Of a stretch of 64,000 nucleotides of DNA, positions 49,800 to 62,816 are shown one piece after another. The position numbers and the translations under genes are program-made. How positions within the stretch are numbered: position 1 is the stretch's first letter; each line of letters opens with the position of its first letter. Location: assembly GCF_026210795.1 (NCBI RefSeq), contig NC_089430.1, positions 4,340,001 to 4,404,000 of the forward strand. The letters run 5' to 3'. Below the pieces are notes generated by a model. The model did no database searches. It was not told the origin of the DNA and was given only the letters and a program-made list of their open reading frames with translations. This stretch comes from Rhizophagus irregularis (lineage: Eukaryota).

Positions 49800-52430
49800 A
49801 CAACATGCGTTATCGCCATTCGAACTCAACGTTTACTTATTAAAATTTATCAAAAATCTTCACATTCTTATAAATCTTTGGTTAATTTTTATAATAATAC
49901 TCCTTTTTATGTAGTTACTAAACCTTTGCATTCTCTTAGGCATATAGCTTATGAATATTTTTTAAATTTAGAAAAAATACCTTTAAATATTATTACCCCT
50001 GATTCTATTGATTCGTCATCTTTTATTAAAGAAAAAGGAAAAAATTTTTTATCACAAATTTACGCACACATTGATTCAGCTTTACTCTGTCATAAGAATA
50101 TCAAAAAAGAGTTAAAGTCCATCGCTTTAAAATTAGATAATGAAACATTATTGACTTTTTATACAGATGGTTCAGTCAAACATATAGGAACCTCCAGATG
50201 CTCCAGTGGATATGGCTGGATTCAGTGTCAACCTAATACACCAAAACTTTCTTTCCATGGCTCTACGATTTTTTTCCCATCGTCTACAAAAAGTGAAGCG
50301 ATGGCCATACTTGCGGCTATAATTGTCGTACCTTTCAATAGTCATTTGAACATTTATACCGATTCCGCTAATTGTATTACAACTTTCAACAAATTTTTAT
50401 TATCTCCTATTTTAAATTCACGACAAAAATTGAAACAAAAGAATTTTTTGATCTGGGATTTAATTTTTTATTTAATTAATATCAAAAATTTATTGGTCAC
50501 TCTACATAAACTGAAGTCAAAGGACATAGTGACAACTTGTTGAATAACAAAGCTAACGAACTAGCAAATGCTGGCGCTCATATCAAAGATCCCATTATTG
50601 TTAATCACAAATTTTTTCATCAAAATAGTCTAGGTCTGATTACCTGGAATAATATATTTGTAATAGATAGAAATGTACAAAAATGGTCAGATACGGTTAT
50701 CCAACCTACAATTTTTAATTCAATGATTAACAATTCCAAACTCAAACTAATTGAACAATCGTTAACAGATGATGATATAGATTGGAACTTCACCCATGAA
50801 TGGATCAACAGTAACCCTCTAGGCACACCTTGTAGTGCTAAATTATCAAAAATACAAGGTAATAAAATGAAAAAATGCAATTTTACACACCCTACCAATG
50901 ACATACAACAAAGAAATTACCTTCGCTTATATCCCCGAGTTATAATCCCTTGTGTGAAATGCAACGCTGTAAAAGACAATAATGAACATATAGGCCTTTG
51001 TACAGCTCATACTACAACTATACAACAAATTATTTCTAATGCATCTGACACATTATATGAACTATTGATGAATGACGATGCTGAACGCAATTTGACTTTA
51101 AAAATCACTATTAATAACTCAAAAATTTTCAACACAAATTTGGATCCTTTTTTATTAAAGAGTCACCCTTTTTATTTACTTATTCAGAGACCTCACTGAT
51201 ATATTTCATAATTATATATCAAAAAAGAAAATTCGTTTTGATTTATTCATTAAATTTATGAATATCATTATGGAGAATATTGATACAAATATTTGGAATC
51301 ACCGTAACGCTGCGGGATCGCAGCCTCACACAGGTCGAAAAGTGAAAAATCAGGCATCAATCAGGCACCAATCGGTCACCAATCAGATACCTGATTGGTG
51401 ACCGATTGGTGCCTGATTGGCATTTTTGCCAAATACCGTCACCAATCAGGCAGTTTGCTAACTTTTGATCTAGTAATCAGAAAAAAATGAAATATAGCTC
51501 ATTGGAATCGTCTCAACAAGACGAATCTAATGGTAGTAAAATCGCATCTCTAGGATTAATAGTTAATAAAAAATTAAATAAAATATAAATGATACATTTT
51601 TATTTTATATTTTACTAAATTTCTCATCAAGTATTAATCCTAGAAATGCGATTTTATTACCATTAGATTCGTCTTGCTGAGGCGATTCCAATGAGCTATA
51701 TTTCATTCTTTTCTGATCACTGGATCAAAAGTTAGCAAACTGCCTGATTGGTGACGGTATTTGGCGAAAATGCCAATCAGGCACCAATCGGTCACCAATC
51801 AGTCACCAATCAGCTACCTGATTGGTGACCGATTGGTGCCTGATTTTTCACTTTTTGACCTGTGTCAATATTAACAAACAAAAAAAGAAATATTACAGAC
51901 AACATCACAATCTACATTATAACCGTCTGAATTTGAATAAGGACGATAATTGACATAGGAACATTCATTGTGTTTATTTTAATCAAAATCACTCCACCCC
52001 TTATAGCCATAGCGGTGGGTTCTCTGATAATGACGCACACATTATTAGGTGGACGTCGAGTAATTTTTTACATTCAGGTTCTTGGGAATCTCATAGAGAT
52101 CGAATTTGGTTTGATAAAATAGATTTATTTGAAAATTTTTATTATAATGTTATAAAATATAATATAGATATATACTAGATAGTATTTTTATGTTTTTCTT
52201 AGTTTTTTTATTTCTTTCCATGTTGGCGGGGGAGTTCTGGGGTTGATCTTGGATCAGGTCCGTTTCTCTCCTCTTCAAGGTCAGGAGTCATCATCTGTCT
52301 GGTTTACTAGCTTGCGGTTTGGTTCGTAGTGTTCGAATTATTTTCACGGCAGTATTATTTGTATATTTATTGTTGTTCTGATAATTTGTACTACGACTTA
52401 GCATATTCTGAAACATAAAAATAAAAAAAT
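49800..52430 (+). mobile_element. 5'-truncated non-LTR retrotransposon 3' portion with RNase H domain (frameshifted)
   Basis: FYTDGS, SEAMAILAA, IYTDS, NNKANELA RNase H motifs; downstream CVKC..H..C zinc motif; frameshift near 50510-50540; A-rich end ~52410-52430. Confidence 0.8.
51329..51864. mobile_element. CMC/CACTA-like fold-back MITE inserted in the LINE relic
   Basis: Termini CACAGGTCGAAAAGTGAAAAATCAGGCA / TGCCTGATTTTTCACTTTTTGACCTGTG; 3-bp TSD TCA; almost fully palindromic with CACCAATC subrepeats. Confidence 0.85.
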
Positions 52431-54467
52431 TACCACATAAGTAATACCAAAGTTAATTTTCATAAGATTTTGTTTTTTTGTAGCTGTCTTAATAGAAACT
52501 TCATTTATATGTTATTTACATGTTCCAATTAAATTAACATTCTTATATTTCTTTTTTTTGTTTTTTTAGGTCGTTTGACTCTGAATGAACCTGGACTTAT
52601 AGATATATTTGGTTGTAATAGGTGGTTTTGATAAGGAAGGGAATTTTCATCATATATTTGTATTTTGTTTATTTTTTATTTAATTTAATAAGTAATTTAT
52701 GTAAATACAACTATAATAAACTTTAGTATAAATAGTAAATTCAGTTGCCAAATCGTATAAATTTCATGATAAAATAAGTGATTAAATCATGTAAATTCCA
52801 TACGAATCCCATGCAAATTCCGTATCCAAACCATATTTTTAGTGATACAGAATTGTGCATTTTTCCGTATCCTTTCAACGGACTATCATGATTCGTTATT
52901 TCTAAGGAAAAAAATCGTATAAGAACTTTATAAAAAACGTATCCAATTTATACCGGTCAGTGTCTTGCTTAATTAGAAAACTACTTTCATAGAGGTGGTC
53001 ATGTTATTAAGTATTTTATTTCAAAAATAGTATCAAACTTGATTTTTTTTAAGAATGTCAAACTAGTGATAAAGAATAAAAAGAATACTTCCCATATAAA
53101 TAAATTACCTTTATATGTATATATTAAATAAAGAGGAAGATTTTTTACAGTATATATATTATTTATTATTATTTTTATAACTAACCAAAACGTAGTTTAA
53201 CATATGAAGTTATGCAAATTTTATTTTATTGTATTTTATCATTTTAAAAATTTTACATTTTTTTTTATCTTAGTTTCTTATGATTAGTAAATCTCAAAAT
53301 AGTAGGATCATGGTAATAATGTATCAATAAAAATAATTTTAATTAATGATAGTATTTTTATAAAATAAAAACTCAATTTTAAAAAAAAAATAACAATTAA
53401 ATAAAAATTTGGTACAACGATCACAGATTTCAAAAATTTTATGTAAAATCAAAAAAAATATCCCGATGTGTCTTGCTTAATGTTAATAAAACAAACTACT
53501 GTCAAAGAGGTGGTCATGTTATAAGTATTTTATTTGAAAAATATCAAACTTAATTTTTTTAAGAATGTAAAAACTAGCGATAAAGAATAAAAAGAACACT
53601 TCTTTATTTAATATATATATAAAGGTAATTTATTTATATGAGAAGATTTTTTATAGTATATATTATTATTCATTATCAGTTATTATTATATATTTGTAAA
53701 TAATAAAAATTAAACCATAATTTTGACATGTGAAGTTGCACAGATTTTATTTGTAATTTCATATTATATTTTTATAACTAAACCAAAATGCAGTTTGGCA
53801 TATGAAGTTATGCAACTTTTATTTTATTATATTTATCATTTTAAAAAGTTTATTTAGTTTTTTATGATTAAATCTCAAAATAGCAGGATGGTAATGTATC
53901 AAAAAATTTATGAGTTTTTTTTTGTTAAATAAAAAAATTATTAATTCGAGATCTGATTATAAATCAGTAAAAATTACTATCAAAAAATGGGGCGAGGTTT
54001 TGTATGAAATTATTTAATTGGCATTTTTATGGGTAAGGTAGTATCATTTCCCTTCCGATAAAAATTAAAAAATGACTTGTCTTTTGTGTTCTTATTATTT
54101 ACGAATTTTTACATCCGGATCACGAATTAATTTAAAAAAAAAAATATCCAAAATTTGGTATGATATCACGGATTTCGTATGTAAATAAAGAAAAAAACAT
54201 ATCCTGATGCTCTAATTTAAAGTGCATTATAAGTGGCACAGGTCAAAATTTTACTCTTGTTGATAAAGGCACATGATTCCCTATAATGATACAAATAAAA
54301 TCCATTGGATATTTTTTTTTTTACAATATATCATCAGGAAATTTTTTTATATGTAAAAAATATGCAATATTTTGTACATGAAAAACTTGATTTGCATACC
54401 CTGAAAATGCACATTAATTGCAAATTTAATATATATAATGTATTTTTCATACAATATATTGTAAAAA

Positions 54468-57176
54468 GAAGGGGATGATGAGGGGGAACTCTTTCTGACG
54501 ATCATTCTGCCCAAAATTTTTAGCAGAAGGAAAAACGTCTTTTACGAGTCTTTTTATTAATAAAACCCAAATAAAAAACCTCAAAAATGGAGTCAGCATA
54601 CAAATTTACAGAATATAGATATAGGTTTCTAAAAGAAACAAAAAATTTTTCTAGTGCGAACTCACGAACTACGGTAAAAGGCCAAGAAAGAGCACGAAGA
54701 GATTTTAGTTTCAGTAAAACAGAACAAAACCTCCTGGAGTCAATACAGAACGACGCTGTACGCAGAAAAGAGACTATACAAGAAATAGTTTTAAAGTGTT
54801 CAGCAACTTCTTTCGATATCTATACAGATGAAATAAAAAGACTCTCATGGGAAAATTCAAAGTTGTGAGAAGAACTGCGGAGGAAAGATCACATGATGGA
54901 CAAGAAAGAGAAGTTGGAGAAAACACAAGAATGAATAATATCGCAGAAAAATGAACAAATAAGGAAATTTTCGCAAAAAGTAGAGAAAACGAGATCAGAA
55001 CTAAAAAAGGTTAAAACTGGCGTCAACAAAGAATTTGATCAGCCGAACAAATCTAAAAAAGGAAGATCGACATCAAACAGGAGAAAACGGGAAGAAATTT
55101 TAGAGATACCAGTTTTACCTGAAAATACCAGTAATGATCAGCAGGCAAAGGAGGCACGTGACATATTTTTCTACGATATACCAAAATATTGGAACGAAGA
55201 TGACGTAAGAACAAATCTAATGAAGATAGGAATGGTTTATAGACTGCAAATCCGAGGATAATACAAATACAAAACCATTAAGGCAAAAATCGCGCTGAAT
55301 AAAAATTTTGAAAAAACGTTCGTGGATGGACATTTCGGTATTTGTATTAGCAAAAACTTTATCAGATGGTACGACGCAAAATTAGATTTGAAAGGACGAC
55401 AAGAGCGGGATCAATGGCAGACTGTGAGAGACCTAACTAATGAGGAAATGGAATCCATAAAAAAGGGAAATACATACGACTTCACGAAAAAACTGCAACA
55501 AACTTCCAAAATGGCGTTCATTAAAATTATCAAAATCACACAAAACTGGAAAGTGATTGGGTATTTCAAGAACCTCAAAGAAATGGAAGAAGCAGTGGAG
55601 GATTCGTGTACACAAGGAGATATCAATAGAGTTTGGCTTGTGAGAAACAAGAAGACGATATATAAAGACGGTGATGCAAAGACAAAGGCGACGACGAAAG
55701 CACAAGAGAAGAAGTTCAAAGAAAAGGTTACTGCTACGGAAAATAGGATGAGTTCTCCTATACGGCTGGCAAGTGAACCGAAGACACCTATTACACCACC
55801 GGAGAGAATTTATAGAGAATTAGGGAACTTTGCCTCATGAAAAGAAAGCTTACAACATCCATCAAAAGCGGAACAGCCCTCAAGGACTAGTAAGACGCCA
55901 GACGAAAATGAAGTTGTCGAGATGATCAAAAACTGGAGAGTAGGAGAAGAGAACACTCTAGATCAAAAGGACACTTCAGAAAATAAGGGGCAACAACTGA
56001 AGAAAGATAACGTAGTGCCTGAAGAAGTGGTTGAAATCATAAAAGATTACAGAACAACCAATAAAATCAAATATGTTCAGTATCAAGAATCAACCCACGA
56101 TGGAAGCTTGGTGGATAAGCTGAAGGAAGTGAAGGAAATCTTCAATCAAACGTCCAATAAAATGGAATGGGAAAAAATTAATGTTGAGGCCGTAGACGAA
56201 TTACGCAAGGAGCACGGGATAAGGAATTGGAACGAAGCAAAGAATTGGGCCTTGGAAAAAAACAATTTTTTCCGTTTAGGACAAAAGATTATAAGTTTAG
56301 CAAAAAAATCAAAAATATTCGAAGAATATACCACCCTAAACGATAATTTCAAACAAAGATTGGAGAACAAAAATCGCTACTGAGATGAAAAGAAGATTGG
56401 CGAAAAAAGTCCAATATTAGAATCGCTGAGTAAATGGAGTGACATAGAGGATGAAGAGGAGAGGAATAAGGCTTTCAAGGCATTTTATTTAGAAAAAAGG
56501 CAAAGAGAGCTGATCCAATCCCCTTCCGTGAAAGAAGACAATGAAGAAAATGAAGAAGCAGAAGAAGAAGAAGAAGAATTAGAACCCGAGACATCACCAT
56601 CAAAGAAGAACGGTGGAAAGAAAAAGAAGAAGAAGAAGAACAACAAGAAGTGAAGAGTGAAGAGCGAAGGAAGAACTTTTTTAATCGAAGTCACGTGATA
56701 CATGTCGAAAATTTTCCAATAACAAAAATAACAAAAGTTCTTTCCTTTTTACTTTAGTTTTAGTTTAGTCTTAGTTTAGAATACTAACTTTTATTTTTTG
56801 TAGGTATAAGGGGGATTTGGTGGAATAAAATGTTTGGGTGTGAGACCGTTGGGGATCATCTTTTTGAAGCTGCACAAGGCAGACCTGGACACTATTACGC
56901 ATTTCACTTTTAATCCTACACTTTAAAAATTAGAATTCAAATAGTTAGGTTTCAAAAATTAAATAGTCTGTTTAGTTTTTAGTATATTTTATTATGACAG
57001 GTATTGTATTTATTTTATTATTTTTCTGTAATGTATTTTGTAATTTGTTCTGAACACTCTGTTATAGGGTTGACATGATGTATAAGCATGTTGGCTCTAC
57101 GTGTCTTGTAATTTAGGGTAGTTAATAGACCTTAATAAAGATGCATTACAGTTTAAAAAAAAAAAAAAAAAAAAAA
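54468..57176 (+). mobile_element. ORF1-only non-autonomous non-LTR retroelement
   Basis: 17-bp TSD ACAATATATTGTAAAAA at 54451-54467 and 57177-57193; AATAAA then a poly(A) tail at ~57155-57176; no RT ORF. Confidence 0.85.
54587..56653 (+). pseudogene. ORF1/gag-like reading frame (~690 codons) with five in-frame stops
   Basis: ORF-track pieces 54587, 55322 and 55922 share one frame; stops at 54866, 54932, 55259, 55838, 56381; coiled-coil-like N-terminus, RRM-like DIFFYDIPKYW..., acidic then basic tail. Confidence 0.75.
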
Positions 57177-57331
57177 ACAATATATTGTAAAAAAATGGGT
57201 TAATTTTTATATAAATTTGTACAAAGAATTATACGTATAATATTGTTAATTATATTGTATAAATTTTGAGAAATTTAACTATTTGTGCAATATTGAATAC
57301 CCTGAAAATTTTGGGATGATATATATATATA

Positions 57332-58651
57332 CAGTCCCCTCCCAAAAGTATCCGCCCAATAAAAAAAATGTATTTTTATTTATTATTTATTTAATATTTA
57401 ATACTTTGTAGGCCATCCTTGGCTTTCGATACATGCATTAATTCGTTTAGGCATACTTTCAATTAAATTAATATAAACTTCAGATGGAATTCTCCTCCAC
57501 TCTTCTTGTAAAGCCATTTCAAGTTCTCTAAGATTTTTTGGCCGTGTATGGCGTTTTCGTATTTTTTGTTCAAGTTCATTCCATAAATGTTCTATCGGAT
57601 TGAGATCTGGAGATTGAGAAGGCCAATTCGATAGAACTTTAATATTTTTTTCAGCAATCCAATTCTCTACATCTTTAGCACGATGCATGGGTGCATTATC
57701 GTCTTGAAATGCATACGGCCTTCTGTGAAATTGAGAATGAACCAATGGCAGCAAATGGTCATTTAAAATTTGAATATAATCAAAACGGTTCATTTTTCCA
57801 TCCACCTTAACCAATGGTCCTAGCCCTCTTCCTGAAAAACAGCCCCATACCATTATTCCACCACCCCCATGTTTAATTGAAGGAAACAAATTTTCAATAT
57901 TGAAACGTGCACCAGCTTCTCTCCAAACTCGGCAAGGTCCGTTACTTTGATAAAGAGTAAATCTTGATTCATCACTCCATATGACCGTTTTCCATTTTTG
58001 AACTGACCAATCTTGATGATTAATACACCATTGTAATCGTTTCACACGTTGTGATTCGTTTAAAAAAGGTTTGGATGCTGCAATGCGTGAATGAAGTCCC
58101 AATTGATGAAGGTTTTTTCTAATAGTTTTTTCAGAAACAATTTTATTTTGAGAATCTTGAAATTTTTGTTGAGTCTCGGCAAGAGTAAGACGATTATTCT
58201 CCTTTAAAATATTTCGTAATTGTTGCTGATCATTATCATTAAGTGCACGTGGGCGACCACTCCGCTTTTCACTAGTCCCATTTTGAGAAATTGCATAATG
58301 GTTTATCATATCGCGAACTGTAGATTTCGGAATTTTAAGAACATTACTAATTGTCAAACGATTTTTTCCAGCTTTACACATTCCAATAACTTGACCACGC
58401 TCAAAAGGTGTGAGTTCTCTTTCTCTTGGCATGAGTAAACTGTGTGAAAAAAAGCATGTGAAAATCGTTAAAAAGGGTAAATATTTATGTTTTATAGTTT
58501 CATCGCATGTTTATATAATAAATGATCTGCAATCACATGCAACGTAGCTATAATCAAATACTTTCGTTTAAAAAAAAATTGGATAAATTTATTATGCACA
58601 ATTTTGGAAAAATTACAAAAATCGAGGGCGAATACTTTTGAGAGGGGACTG
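57332..58651 (-). mobile_element. Complete Tc1/mariner DNA transposon
   Basis: 26-bp TIRs CAGTCCCCTCCCAAAAGTATCCGCCC / GGGCGAATACTTTTGAGAGGGGACTG (2 mismatches); TA on both sides. Confidence 0.95.
57398..58432 (-). CDS. Tc1-like transposase (344 aa, DD35E)
   Basis: Paired-like HTH, GRPR linker, WSDES, FQDDNAP, WPSQSPDLNPIEHLW, GWPTKY; no stops. Confidence 0.95.
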   Translation of the reverse strand: MPRERELTPFERGQVIGMCKAGKNRLTISNVLKIPKSTVRDMINHYAISQNGTSEKRSGRPRALNDNDQQQLRNILKENNRLTLAETQQKFQDSQNKIVSEKTIRKNLHQLGLHSRIAASKPFLNESQRVKRLQWCINHQDWSVQKWKTVIWSDESRFTLYQSNGPCRVWREAGARFNIENLFPSIKHGGGGIMVWGCFSGRGLGPLVKVDGKMNRFDYIQILNDHLLPLVHSQFHRRPYAFQDDNAPMHRAKDVENWIAEKNIKVLSNWPSQSPDLNPIEHLWNELEQKIRKRHTRPKNLRELEMALQEEWRRIPSEVYINLIESMPKRINACIESQGWPTKY

Positions 58652-59006
58652 TATATGGATATGTATGGGTATGATATGGATAGGATATAGATATACTGTT
58701 AACCCTCTATATATAAAAATAGGATTTAATATTATTTTTTCGCATATGCCCTCAATTTTTATATAATAACTTGCCGATCTTTGCCAAATTTTCTAATTCT
58801 CGATTTGTGTACCTATTGTAACACTTTTAAAAACCATATAGCATGCCGTATTTTTGCCTGCTTTTCAATTTTATTTAGTATACCAAAAGGGTTTAGAATA
58901 TTGTTTTTGACTTTATATGGGGATGCGATATTTCGCAAGTGAAAAACAAACCCCATAAAAATATATAATTTTTTGTTTTTTTTTAATATATTTTATTTTA
59001 TTATTA

Positions 59007-59305
59007 TAGGACCCCGGATATCTCCAAAACAGGTTATAAGTCACACTTTCGGCAGATTGGCCAATTTTTCAGGGGCTCAAAAAATCGTTTTTTGTAAATA
59101 TCTCGGCATCCAGTGGTCCAATTTTGATGTACATTTTTTTAAATTGTAGAGCTAAATGAGGGCTACAAAATAAAAAAAAGTTCATTAAAATTGAATTACT
59201 AGATGCTGAGATATTTACAAAAAACGATTTTTTGAGTTTCAGCAAAAAGGGGTGTTTTTGGCCAAAAGTCCATTATGACCTTTATATTAGATATCCGGGG
59301 TCCTA
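59007..59305. mobile_element. PIF/Harbinger-type MITE
   Basis: TIR TAGGACCCCGGATATCT / AGATATCCGGGGTCCTA; TTA on both sides; absent from the homologous arm at ~38570. Confidence 0.75.
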
Positions 59306-59540
59306 TTATTATTATATATACCCAAAATTGAGGGTAACCTCTGCTGATCTTTTTATATGAAAAATTAAGAAACCCGCTCAAAAATTCAGGGCAAAATTTG
59401 ATAATCAGAAAATAATTAGATCAGCAAGCGACATTGCAGCAGTAATAATCGTTTTATTTATGCGGACAGCCAGGGCAAATAGTAAGGAATTGCGCTGACC
59501 AAAATAACAACAATACGACATCAGTTGCGTACAATAACGA

Positions 59541-59836
59541 CCCTATAAAAAAAGAAAATTCAGAATTTGTCCTAAAAAGTATGAAAAATGTCTGGAAAAT
59601 TTCCGTGCATCCAGAAAACATTCGGAAACGGTCACGTTTTGGAATATTTTCCGGATGCTCGATTCTGGACAAATTCTGGACAAATTCTGGAGTGTCAAGA
59701 AAATGTCTGGAATTTGTGTGTCCGGAAAGTGTTCCAAAACGTGATCGTTTCCGAATGTTTTCTGGACGCACGGAAATTTTCTGGACATTTTTCCATACTT
59801 TTCAGGACAGATTCCGAATTTTCTTTTTTTATAGGG
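59541..59836. mobile_element. CCCTATAAAAAA-type MITE related to the one at 39277
   Basis: CCCTATAAAAAAAGAAAATTC...GAATTTTCTTTTTTTATAGGG; 3-bp TSD CGA; TCCGGA/TCTGGA subrepeats. Confidence 0.8.
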
Positions 59837-60989
59837 CGAAGGTAGATCAAACCCTCAAAAAATCAAAATTTTCTTCAAAATATATTATGAATTAATATCT
59901 TAATGTGTCAAAAAATATAATTGCGTAATATGGAAAGGTTGGGTTCGTCTGTAAGGTAGTAGATAGGGGAGCCAGTAGTTCTTTTTAAATATTAATTTTT
60001 GTATCAATGGTTTTTACACTATTTACTTTTATATTTTAATAAATTGAAATAACAAGCGAAGGTAGATCCAACCCTTAAACAATCAAAATTTTCTTTCAAA
60101 TATATTATAGAATTAATATCTTAATGTATCAAAAAATATATTGCGCAATATGGAAAGGTTGGGTTCGTCTGTCTGGACCAGTAGTTCTTAAGTTCTATTT
60201 TTGTATCAGTGGTTTTTTAACTGTTTACATTTATATTTTAATAATTGACTTACAATTTTAGCAGCCAGGACACATAGTAAGGAATTGCTCTGACCGAAAT
60301 AACAACAATACGACATCAGTTACATACAGTATAATAGCGAAGGTAGATCCAACCCTCAAACAATCAAAATTTTCTTCCAAATATAATGTGGAATTAATAT
60401 CTTAATGTGTCAAAAAATATAATTCCGCAATATGGAAAGGTTGGGTTTGTCTGTCTGGGTACTAGTTTACTATAGTAGATAGGGAGCCAGTAGTTCTTTT
60501 TAAGTATTATTTTTAGTATTATTGGTTTTATACTGTTTACTTTTATATTTTAGTAAATTGACTTACAATTTTAGCTCAAAAAAAAAAAATAATAATAATT
60601 ATACAATAATCATGTTTTGAAATGAAAAAAAAAATGTTCTAGTAAAACAATAAATTTTAAAATATCTTGTTTTAAATCACATGCCATCCCTACGAAATTT
60701 AGTTGATTTTTTACATATTTAAGTGCTCTTATTTTTTTGATTTTAATCAGTAAAACTTTTTCTACCCATTCAATAAAACATAATTTTTTGAATTTGATAC
60801 ACACTTTTTATCAATACACAAAAATATTCTCTGAATTTTTTTTGACACCAGTAATAACAAAGTAATATGTATGAAAACGATCAAAACGAAGTAAGTATTT
60901 AGTACTATTGTTGTGATCAACTCTATTTTCTGGAGGAAGTTAACCCTATACTTGCTGCTTTCTAGTTCGTAATCCCTCATAAAGAACCT

Positions 60990-62816
60990 ATGCATAAATA
61001 CTTTTCATCAGCTCCTTTCATGACCTGCACGTACATTGAGTTTCTGCACCAGCTCAATTTAGAACAGAAACTAAAGAGTATTCAACAGAGATCAATCGAT
61101 AGGTTTTACATGAAACTCCTGAATCCAATGAGTGAAGACCAAGAACTACCACAATTCGCTCAAGATCATGCAAAAAAGTTGTTGAAGGAAATGACTGTAA
61201 GTTATAATTTTCTCATTTATTTAGTATCCCTTTTGCGAAATGTAAATTAACTCAATATATCATGTCAGTCCAATGAAGTCATTGCATTTTGGGATTCAAT
61301 GGCAGAACATGAAAAATGTTCCACCTCTAAGGAACAACAAGTTCGAAGTAATGTCTCATTTGATGGTTCTGATGTCACTAGAGTGCAATGAGATGAAGAA
61401 TTATTGGATGTAACACCAACAAATAAGGTAATTGCACAACTTTAGCAGTGTTTTCCGCGCTTATTTGGTTAAAAAAAACTGACATATATTGCTTTTTTAA
61501 TTCAGTCCAGGTTAGATCATGAATCATCATACTCGCCACCTTTATCTGAAATGAAAAAATTACTTTCGCTAACAATTGATTTGGATGACAACAATGAAGA
61601 TGATGAAATTACAATTATAAGAAATGTTCCTCAATTATCTTTAAATAATAGTAATGACGGAAATGAGTTTGTTATAGAAGATTATAATGTATCAAAATTA
61701 TTTCAACAGTATCAAAATGAATCATATAAACTTGCTAATTCTGATGGTTTATATGTGGAGACAAATGTCCACAAAATTTTATCTTTGACTTCAATTCTTA
61801 TGCTTTCGCCAAATTCTCATTCTGAAATGATGATGAATATCTTTGGTTTAGACTTATTAGACAAAATAAGTGAAAATCTCAAACCAAATAAACAAGAATT
61901 TAATGCGGAATATGAAGCTAAATTTAGAAACATCATAAGACAGTCAAGTAATATCTCACGAGATAATGCTATTAACTCATTGCTAGGTCACTTAGCAGAA
62001 TCTGAAAGTAGACTTAAAGAAAACCTAGGATTTGTTATTTTAGATGGCTTAAAGTCTTTACCTAATCACAAATTAAAAAGTAAACCAAGTGAGATTACTC
62101 TCATTACTAATTATCTAGATTACATCATGAAAGGACTATTTCACCTTCCTGATAAGTATATAGTGGAATGGCCTAACACAGGTCTTAAGGAAACTAAAGC
62201 TAGAAAAATAGAAGGCAGAGCGAGGCAGCCTGATTTCTTAGTATCAGCAATCCACCAATTAGAAACGAGTGGAACGTTATTTATAGGTGAAGTAACCTCT
62301 CCTGCAGAGAAAGAAAACGTGCATAAGAACTGTAATGATTTAATCCGAATTGGAGTTTTTATGAAAGAATGCATTGATTCGGCCTTAGACAAAGGTGCAG
62401 ATATTAAAGTTCTAGGTTTTCAATGTATAGGTAAGATAAATTAAATAATTGTTGCTTTGCTCCTTCATGTAATCCTAAAATTTCATCATTGCTTTCTAGA
62501 ATATACAATTGATTTTTATGCAATAAAACTTAATGCTCCAGGGCTATATATTATGCATCATATTGGTCAAGCATCGATTCCTACTTCAGTAAAGACATTG
62601 TCACATTTTGTTGATGAAATAGATACTTTTCTGACAGTACGTAGTCTTTTACAAGAATCATTTGGTAATTTTAATAATAGATTACGCAACCCAAAAGAAC
62701 AAGCAAAAAAATTATCTTTTAAATGCGAGACCTTATCTACACCAAGTTTCAATCAACTTGTTAGTAAAACGCGTAATGTCAAAAGAAAATGTTCCTTCTG
62801 GTTCGGAAGGTTTTAG
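60990..62816 (+). pseudogene. PD-(D/E)xK/CR-REase-like gene, copy 2, with an in-frame TGA
   Basis: Exons 60990-61196, 61269-61427, 61506-62430, 62500-62816; close paralog of 33605-35468; TGA at 61389-61391 where copy 1 has CAA. Confidence 0.7.

Noticed and set aside
54470..54560. Possible hammerhead ribozyme (CTGACGA...stem...GAAA) at the 5' end of the retroelement
   Set aside because: A stem II-like hairpin exists, but I could not form stems I and III with an NUH cleavage site; an Infernal search would be needed.
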